From the NCBI GenBank assembly GCA_024275075.1, contig JAJRZU010000066.1, positions 1-51,135 of the forward strand: DNA of 51,135 bases, written 5' to 3'. Origin of the DNA: Deltaproteobacteria bacterium (GTDB taxonomy: Bacteria; Desulfobacterota; JAJRXV01). The position numbers and the translations under genes were made by a program. The notes below the pieces were generated by a model. The model was given only the letters and a program-made list of their open reading frames with translations, was not told the origin of the DNA and searched no databases. Positions 44,739-51,135 of this stretch are shown in pieces. How positions within the stretch are numbered: the first letter of the stretch is position 1; each line of letters starts with the position of its first letter.

Positions 44739-46175
44739 ATGCGAAAATTAGCGACAAGAGTTCCTTTGTTAGTACTATGTCTTATTCTTGGTGCGTTATT
44801 GATAGCTTCTTGTAATGATTCACAAGATGCTGTTATCAACAGCTCAGGGGGGGATGACTCTGCTTTGGCAATAACTGATATGGATAGTGATGGTTACGAT
44901 AGTACCGTTGATTGCAACGATGATGATCCTACCGTACACCCTGGCGCGACTGAAATGCTTGGTGACGGGGTTGACAGTAACTGTGATGAGGTCGGGAGTG
45001 ATGTTGACGCTGATAATGACGGATACAGCGCATCTGAGGGCGATTGCAATGACAATGATCCTACTATCGGTAATTATGCCCAGGAAGTATGTGGTGATGG
45101 TATAGATCAGAACTGTGATGGTTATGACCTTTTATGTACAGAAGCTGATGCCGCAAATGAGGACAACGACTTTGACGGATATACTCCAGCTACTGGTGAT
45201 TGCGATGACAATGACCCTGATATAAATCCAGGCGCGACGGATACTTGTGAGGATGGCATTGACCAGAACTGTGATGGTATCGACCCTGCCTGCGATAATG
45301 ATGGCGATGGCTACCCGGTTAATCAGGACTGTGATGACAATGATCCTACAATCCACACTGGCGCACCTGAAAATTGCTATGATGGTATTGACAGAAATTG
45401 TGACGGGTTGCTTTTAGACTGTAACGTTGACTTGGATGCTGACGGGTACAGTGTATCCGCGGGGGATTGCAATGACCTGAACCCGAAAATAAATCCTGGG
45501 GTAATAGAGGGGAGAAACGCACAGGGCAAGTTAGAGAATTGTGGTGATATAGTTGATAACGATTGTGACAGCTATATAGACTTAGAGGAATCATCTTGTA
45601 ATGAGCCCGAATTCAGTTCAACAGCCATAACTTCGACAGCTTGTATTGAAGGCATTTCCCCTGATGGCACTACGAAGGATATATGTGACACATACTCTGT
45701 CAAGTTTACAGCCAATACATTGTCAAAAGGACCTGATAACACCACCTATACGCTGTATGTTGACTGGGCGATAGTATTTAGGGAGTACCACGTAATGAAC
45801 GTTTTAGAAGGTGGGGTGCCAAGCTATTTCGCAGTTGAGTGGACAGGTGTTGAAGCTCATCATCGCTACGACGAGAGAGACCCATACACAATACAGAACC
45901 CGTATGCGTATCCTGACTTTTTGATAGACACAAACGCGGATGGAGTGCCTGAGCCGCAGTATTATGCATGCCCGGCTACATCAGGTCCTGGTGATTATCC
46001 TGTATGTTATAGTGGTTCAGGGTCAGCTAAAACAATTTTGTTATATTCTAATACATACATGAACGGTGCCGCTACTGAGCAGCTTTACTTGATACCGTTT
46101 TCTTGGCATGTTAGAGCGACGGATGCGCCTGGAAGATGGATAGACGCGGCCGGCTATTTTGATGGTGAGTATTAA
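44739..46175 (+). CDS. lipoprotein with five MopE-type Cys/Asp-rich putative metal-binding repeats
   Basis: RBS aaggggga. Lipobox is LLIASC. There are five repeats of D-x-D-x-DGY....DC[ND]D.[DN]P.I.PGA.[ED].C.DGIDQNCDG. The C-terminal ~180 aa have no motif I recognise. Confidence 0.75.
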   Translation: MRKLATRVPLLVLCLILGALLIASCNDSQDAVINSSGGDDSALAITDMDSDGYDSTVDCNDDDPTVHPGATEMLGDGVDSNCDEVGSDVDADNDGYSASEGDCNDNDPTIGNYAQEVCGDGIDQNCDGYDLLCTEADAANEDNDFDGYTPATGDCDDNDPDINPGATDTCEDGIDQNCDGIDPACDNDGDGYPVNQDCDDNDPTIHTGAPENCYDGIDRNCDGLLLDCNVDLDADGYSVSAGDCNDLNPKINPGVIEGRNAQGKLENCGDIVDNDCDSYIDLEESSCNEPEFSSTAITSTACIEGISPDGTTKDICDTYSVKFTANTLSKGPDNTTYTLYVDWAIVFREYHVMNVLEGGVPSYFAVEWTGVEAHHRYDERDPYTIQNPYAYPDFLIDTNADGVPEPQYYACPATSGPGDYPVCYSGSGSAKTILLYSNTYMNGAATEQLYLIPFSWHVRATDAPGRWIDAAGYFDGEY

Positions 46176-46215
46176 AATTTAATAATCTCTGATTTGAAAA
46201 TTTTTTCTAAATGTA

Positions 46216-47718
46216 TTGAAAAAAGCTAAGTGGGGGAGTTTTATCTTGAATCCCAATAAAACCAGGGTTCGGCGGATTTTATATATAATTTGGTTTTTTT
46301 TTACAATAGCGGGTTTTACGGTGTTAAAGAGCAATGATTGTTTTGCTGCGGCTATTGACGCTTCAATTGATTTCTCTTATGATACTGGTGAAACTACGAC
46401 CACAACTTCTGGTACAAGTACGAATGAGAGCGTTAATAACTCATATATGTTGAGTTACAAGGAAAAAATAAATATGGCGCTGGATTTACAATCTGAATTT
46501 AAGATAGACACCACAAAATCAAAAGCTTCTGACCAGTATACAGCAACAACATTTGATCCTGAGATGACTGTTGGAGTCGCCAGCACCCAATGGATCCTTG
46601 ATATGGGAGTAAAAGAAGGGATTACTGACTCAGAAGACCCTAATGCAAAAAAGAAAACAACTTTTGATTACTATTTTGATTTTGAGTTGAAGCCCGAAGT
46701 AATTATTCCAGAGATGCAACTTAAATTAAGTCAAACAGAGAGTTATGAGCCCGAAACCACTGATACCTTAAATGCCTCTGTGGAGTTTTCCACAGACTAT
46801 GAGATTGATTTTATGGGAATAGGGCTTGATTTTAATTATAATAAAGCTATAACGGACGATAGGTTGAAGCGGGATTCTGATACCTTAGACAAAACTTATG
46901 ATTATTCTTTATCCTTAAAACATGATTTTACAAACACAATTAATTATTCTTTCGATTATGCCGCAGATTCTGCACACGGCGTTACATATTTTGATGACGG
47001 TGAAATAAAGTCTGAATCCAGTTCAACGTCGTATGGCATTAAGAATAGCCTGGATTATAGCGTTTTTGAAAAGACTCAGTTTGGGGTCGCCAATGATTAT
47101 TCTGATTCAAAGGATACAATCACCAATATAACGGATGTCTCAAAGTCTTCTTCTGCAAATGTTTCTCAAGATGTATATGACTGGATATCATTAAAATTTG
47201 ATTACGGAAAAAATTCAACTGAAACATTAGATTCTCCAAATGATAGCTGGACTATTACAGATTCTTATACATCTGGCGCTACTGTGAAGCCGAACAAGTT
47301 TTTTGATCTTGCAGTTGACACTAATCAGTCAAAGTCTATTGATAACGAAAATGATATTACTCAAGCGAAAGACATAAACGCTTCATGGACAAATGAACTT
47401 ACAGAAAGTTTAAAGTTAAGCTATGATGTATCAAATAAGAAGGCGTATACTGATGGTTCGCTTGATTCTGATGATGATTCAATGCAATTTCAAGTGGACA
47501 TTAAAATCGATACAGAGATTAATCTTAAAATCACACCAAGTTACGGGTATGATAAGGAGCGTGATCTGATATTAGGTTATGATACTTCAAAAGAGAGCCT
47601 TGATGTAGAGGTGGAGTATACAATCAACCCTACGAGGAAGATGGAAATAAAAGTGAATCACTCTTATAGCAGAAGCGAGAATCATGATACGTCGGTGATT
47701 GAAAGAACTGACGATTAA
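46216..47718 (+). CDS. outer-membrane beta-barrel-like protein, N-terminal part; stop TAA 47716..47718 is in frame with the next ORF
   Basis: Signal is ILYIIWFFFTIAGFTVLKSNDCFA (alternative start TTG 46246 after ggggag). The sequence is D/S/T/N/Y-rich with alternating hydrophobic residues, typical of amphipathic beta strands (YDYSLSLKHDF, INYSFDYAADS). Confidence 0.65.
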   Translation: MKKAKWGSFILNPNKTRVRRILYIIWFFFTIAGFTVLKSNDCFAAAIDASIDFSYDTGETTTTTSGTSTNESVNNSYMLSYKEKINMALDLQSEFKIDTTKSKASDQYTATTFDPEMTVGVASTQWILDMGVKEGITDSEDPNAKKKTTFDYYFDFELKPEVIIPEMQLKLSQTESYEPETTDTLNASVEFSTDYEIDFMGIGLDFNYNKAITDDRLKRDSDTLDKTYDYSLSLKHDFTNTINYSFDYAADSAHGVTYFDDGEIKSESSSTSYGIKNSLDYSVFEKTQFGVANDYSDSKDTITNITDVSKSSSANVSQDVYDWISLKFDYGKNSTETLDSPNDSWTITDSYTSGATVKPNKFFDLAVDTNQSKSIDNENDITQAKDINASWTNELTESLKLSYDVSNKKAYTDGSLDSDDDSMQFQVDIKIDTEINLKITPSYGYDKERDLILGYDTSKESLDVEVEYTINPTRKMEIKVNHSYSRSENHDTSVIERTDD

Positions 47719-47772
47719 TCTGTTGATTATGATTACAAGGAACCGATAAGAGGAGTAAATTTCAAATTCTCT

Positions 47773-48057
47773 ATGACAAGAAAGTCCGCTGATACCAGTG
47801 GAGATGAGATAGGCCCTGTTACTGACTTAAGTTATACATATACAATTAACTGGGAGATTATTAATGCAAATATTGATACGACATATCAGCTTGATGATCC
47901 GCAGGAGGCAGTGAATTCAGAGTCATTTGATATCAGTTTAAGTATGCAATTCCTTGAGTTGGCAAGTTTTAATGTATCATATACGTTTTCGCAGGATTTA
48001 GGGGATCAGGTAAACAAAAATCATTTGGTCTCTACAGGATTCACGATGGATTTTTGA
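47773..48057 (+). CDS. C-terminal part of the same beta-barrel protein
   Basis: In frame with 46216 (offset 1557), and codons 47719..47772 are open (SVDYDYKEPIRGVNFKFS). It ends ..LVSTGFTMDF with a terminal Phe, the classical OMP C-terminal strand signature. No RBS precedes ATG 47773. Confidence 0.65.
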   Translation: MTRKSADTSGDEIGPVTDLSYTYTINWEIINANIDTTYQLDDPQEAVNSESFDISLSMQFLELASFNVSYTFSQDLGDQVNKNHLVSTGFTMDF

Positions 48058-48205
48058 TAAAATATTTGAAAGGGGTGAATGTGTAAATATATTTCTTAAT
48101 TACTGCAAGTTAAATATAATAAGTTTTAACTTGATTTGTTAAGTAGGTGAAGTTATTCAAGGTAAGATTTTAAAAATATAATTAATTCAATTAAGGGGGA
48201 AGTAA

Positions 48206-48934
48206 ATGAAGAAGCATATATTCTTAGCGACGATTTTATTATTAGTTTCTTTGATGTCAGGTTGCGGTTCTTTAACAATGAGGAGCTCTATCTCGCCATT
48301 TAGCTCTGAGGACGCCCAACAGTACAGTAGTATTAAGAAGATCGCGGTGTTACCGTTTGACAACCTTACGAAAACAAAAGATGCTGAACAACTTGTTAAT
48401 GCTTTGTTTACTACAGAGATATTAAACAAAAACCTTTTTGATTCTATTGAGGATGTAAGGTATGTGGCAAGCGTTATGAAGATGTTGAAGATCAAAAGGA
48501 CGGAGATTCTTGACAGGGACCTCGTTCTTAAGATGGGTGAGACGATGAGGTGTGAAGCTATCATCGTTGGTCAGATCAACGCTTATAAAGTCGGGAAGAA
48601 AGATGAATCCACCGATTTAAGTATCAGCACGACTATGCTTGATACGCGCTCTGGCGACATACTATGGACAGCTAATGTAACATATACATCAAGTACTTCT
48701 TTAGGGAAGATATTTGGGGTTACACCAGGACCGAATCACCTGATTATGGCAAGGGCGGTCGTTGAGGAATTGGCCAGCTCATTATCAAGCAGGATCAGAA
48801 ACGCCAGGGAAGAAGAGGCGGAGATGGAAGTTGACAGGCAGTACTTAGAAGAGCCGGGCGAGTATGACGAAGAGCTTGGTGGAGAAGAAGAGATACCTGA
48901 ACCAATTGAACCTGAAATGGATATTGAAGAATAA
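48206..48934 (+). CDS. envelope lipoprotein (IAVLPF-x-N motif, DUF799/LpoB/CsgG-like) with acidic C-terminal tail
   Basis: RBS aaggggga. Lipobox is LVSLMSGC. KKIAVLPFDNLTKTKDAEQLVNALFTTEI is followed by CEAIIVGQINAYK. The tail is EEEAEMEV..EEPGEYDEELGGEEEIPEPIEPEMDIEE. Confidence 0.6.
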   Translation: MKKHIFLATILLLVSLMSGCGSLTMRSSISPFSSEDAQQYSSIKKIAVLPFDNLTKTKDAEQLVNALFTTEILNKNLFDSIEDVRYVASVMKMLKIKRTEILDRDLVLKMGETMRCEAIIVGQINAYKVGKKDESTDLSISTTMLDTRSGDILWTANVTYTSSTSLGKIFGVTPGPNHLIMARAVVEELASSLSSRIRNAREEEAEMEVDRQYLEEPGEYDEELGGEEEIPEPIEPEMDIEE

Positions 48935-48952
48935 ATAGAATAAATTAGATTG

Positions 48953-50371
48953 ATGAAAATTATGAAGTTGTCAAGAACAAGGCTAATATTTATTCTATGC
49001 ATAGTGGTCTCTATCTCTTTATACCCTTATTACGCACTTGCTGCGGAGAGCATAGATGATAAAGAAGTTATTGCACAGGTTAACGATGAGTCGATTACTA
49101 CAAGCGAATTTATTTATTATATAAGTAAATACAGCGATAATATTGCTGAGCTAAATGCTCAAGGCGAGAGTGGGAAGCGTAAATTACTTGATAAGATTAT
49201 CGAATTTAAGTTATTGTTAGCTGTTGCAAAGGAATACAAAGGTGATAAAGAGCCAATATTCATAATGAAGTACAAGGACTTCTTAAGGAAGAGGTATGCT
49301 GAATTATTTAAGAAAAATTTAGTCAATTATGTAAAAGTAACTCAAGATGATATTCAAATAGAGTTCCTTAACCTGGATAAGAGTGGGAAAAGGAAATCAA
49401 AAGAGGAGATAAAAAAAGAGAAACAGAAGATCAATGATGACTTACATGTAAAAAAGTTTAAAGAGTTACTGCAAAATAAACTTGATGAATTAAAAAAAGA
49501 AAATAGTATTAAAATACATGATGATGTCATTCAGCAGTTAGAAGAAGCAAAAGATGTAGGTAAAGATGCTATTGTCTTTGAGGTCGCGACTGAGGCGTTT
49601 ACTTTAGAAAGGCTGTATACTTTAATTCCCCCTAATGTCAGGCATTCTCCAAAGAGTATGTTACTGACAAAGAAGTTTTTATCGATAGTTATTGATGATG
49701 AGATTGATACGACATTGTTGGCAAGAGAAGCGCGCCGTTTGGAGCTGGATAAAAATGAAGTGTTTTTTAATTTAGGTAACGAGGATTATTATGAAAAAGC
49801 GCTTGTCAACTCCTTGGATTACAACCATGAGTTCTTAAAAAAGACTTATGGCGGTATAAAGATTACTGATGAGGAGGTTAGGCAATACTACGATGAAAAG
49901 AAGCAAGATATAATTGAGAATGGGAATATTTATAAGGTTCGACTATTGTTTTTCATGAGAAGAGATGACGCGGACGACGCGCATAGTGAATTAGAAAAGG
50001 GTAACAAATTTGAAAAGGTTGTTGAAAATTATAAGGATAAGTTAAAAAACAAGAACTGTGAGTTAGGTTACGTTTCTAAAAAAAAGATTGAACAAGAGTA
50101 TGGCAGTAAGCTTAAAGAGGAGTTGTTTGACTTAGATGTCGGTGAGGTGAGTGAAGTAATTGCGTTGCCAGATGGTTATATCATCGCCGAGATAGTAGCA
50201 AAAAAAGAGAATGTTATTGCAAAGTTTGACGACATCGCACCAAAGGTCAAGGATATTGTAAAGGATGAGAAGAACAGGCAGGCTTTAGCCGGCTTAGTAA
50301 GTGACCTAAAAAAGAAAGCAAAAATACAGATTAACAATGAGTTATTGCAAAGTATAACATGGAATGATTAA
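48953..50371 (+). CDS. SurA/PrsA-like periplasmic chaperone with PpiC-type (parvulin) peptidyl-prolyl isomerase domain
   Basis: Signal is LIFILCIVVSISLYPYYALA. The SurA-N-like part is VIAQVNDESITTSEFIYYI. The parvulin core is YKVRLLFFMRRDDADDAHSELEKGNKFEKVVENY..ELGYVSKKKIEQEYG..LFDLDVGEVSEVIALPDGYIIAEIV. Confidence 0.75.
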   Translation: MKIMKLSRTRLIFILCIVVSISLYPYYALAAESIDDKEVIAQVNDESITTSEFIYYISKYSDNIAELNAQGESGKRKLLDKIIEFKLLLAVAKEYKGDKEPIFIMKYKDFLRKRYAELFKKNLVNYVKVTQDDIQIEFLNLDKSGKRKSKEEIKKEKQKINDDLHVKKFKELLQNKLDELKKENSIKIHDDVIQQLEEAKDVGKDAIVFEVATEAFTLERLYTLIPPNVRHSPKSMLLTKKFLSIVIDDEIDTTLLAREARRLELDKNEVFFNLGNEDYYEKALVNSLDYNHEFLKKTYGGIKITDEEVRQYYDEKKQDIIENGNIYKVRLLFFMRRDDADDAHSELEKGNKFEKVVENYKDKLKNKNCELGYVSKKKIEQEYGSKLKEELFDLDVGEVSEVIALPDGYIIAEIVAKKENVIAKFDDIAPKVKDIVKDEKNRQALAGLVSDLKKKAKIQINNELLQSITWND

Positions 50372-50374
50372 CTT

Positions 50375-51135
50375 ATGAACAATTCAAAAAAACTCAGACT
50401 AATTCTGACTTATCTGGTACTGGCGGTGATGGTTCTTGGAAGCGATTCTTATGCGAAAGAGGGGTTCGGGTTCTATTTCGATTATGGTTTTGGCGGAAGG
50501 GGTATCGGTGAAGGTAAGTTTGATCGCCCGGTTGCCGTAGCTGTAGATTCTAAGGATAATATCTATGTAATAGATCAGGGAAACAACCGGATCCAGAAGT
50601 TTGATGATGATGGAGACTTCATTTTAGAGTGGGGCAGTAAGGGTGCAAAACAGGATAAATTTGATGATCCAGCCGCAATATATATAGATAAAAAAGATAA
50701 TGTATTTGTTGTTGATTCGCTTAATCATAGGATTACAAAATTTGATGCAAAAGGGAATTTTGCAGGCTCATTTGGTGAATTAGGCGGCCGGCGCGAGAGG
50801 TTCAATTCGCCAAATGACATGACTTTTGACTTAAATGATTATATCTATGTCGCAGACACAAAGAACAACAGAGTCCAGAAATTCTTGACTAATTGGTCAT
50901 TTAACAAAAAGTGGGGAAGGGAAGGCGATGATGATGAGGAATTTCAGCTGCCAAGCAGTATAGAATATGTAAAATACAAATTTGGGTATATCTATGTAGC
51001 CAATTTCTCAAACTGCATTGTTCAGCGTTTTGACTTAGACGGTGATTTTAATAGCAGCTTTGTTTTAAAGCCTGAATATGGTGATTCTGATGACTTTGAG
51101 GAAGATGAAGTAGAAGAAGTAGAGGAAGAGGAAGA
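50375..51135 (+). CDS. secreted NHL-repeat beta-propeller protein (partial, runs off the window)
   Basis: ATG 50375 and signal LILTYLVLAVMVLGSDSYA. NHL units are FDRPVAVAVDSKDNIYVIDQGNNRIQKFD, FDDPAAIYIDKKDNVFVVDSLNHRITKFD and FNSPNDMTFDLNDYIYVADTKNNRVQKF. I translated it by hand to 51135 and found no stop. It is absent from the ORF track because it is open-ended. Confidence 0.8.
   Translation, partial: MNNSKKLRLILTYLVLAVMVLGSDSYAKEGFGFYFDYGFGGRGIGEGKFDRPVAVAVDSKDNIYVIDQGNNRIQKFDDDGDFILEWGSKGAKQDKFDDPAAIYIDKKDNVFVVDSLNHRITKFDAKGNFAGSFGELGGRRERFNSPNDMTFDLNDYIYVADTKNNRVQKFLTNWSFNKKWGREGDDDEEFQLPSSIEYVKYKFGYIYVANFSNCIVQRFDLDGDFNSSFVLKPEYGDSDDFEEDEVEEVEEEE

Overview
Bacterial chromosomal window, apparently standard genetic code, in three parts. 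(1) 1-3.3 kb is a housekeeping edge. It holds cysE on the minus strand (broken by one in-frame TAG), tRNA-Leu(CAA), tRNA-Arg(UCU), a heavily decayed IS1182/IS5-like transposase remnant, three copies of a ~120-bp MITE-like repeat and a nested inverted repeat. (2) 3.3-35.5 kb starts with an ECF sigma / zf-HC2 anti-sigma pair and is dominated by six secreted multihaem c-type cytochromes. My hand count of canonical CxxCH motifs is 12 + 27 + 19 + 3 + 12 + 22 = 95, plus many CX3CH, CX4CH and CX7-10CH variants. Two adjacent ORFs (9612-15872 and 15945-19994) form one ~3,460-codon reading frame broken only by a TGA. Between the cytochromes lie Reg_prop-like beta-propeller proteins, a TlpA/ResA-like redoxin, a TPR protein and a ~1,200-aa coiled-coil/propeller fusion. 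(3) 35.5-51.1 kb encodes cell-surface and envelope proteins: a LamG-FN3-Big protein ending in a lysine-less lipoyl-like domain, an HExxH metalloprotease, an FG-GAP/beta-helix protein (these last two share a C-terminal C-F-I-A box), a MopE-type Cys/Asp-repeat lipoprotein, a beta-barrel OMP, a lipoprotein, a SurA/PpiC-like chaperone and a partial NHL-repeat protein. I read the whole as a candidate, apparently uncharacterised, cell-surface electron-transfer and attachment island. A recurrent oddity is that six otherwise intact genes each carry exactly one in-frame stop (2 TAG, 1 TGA, 3 TAA) and no frameshift. The cytochrome genes are modular, with signs of recent duplication or gene conversion, and their GC content (~50-57% in sampled lines) contrasts with neighbouring genes (~28%). 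No CRISPR array, rRNA or intact mobile element is visible. All calls come from reading the sequence and the ORF translations; no database search was run.
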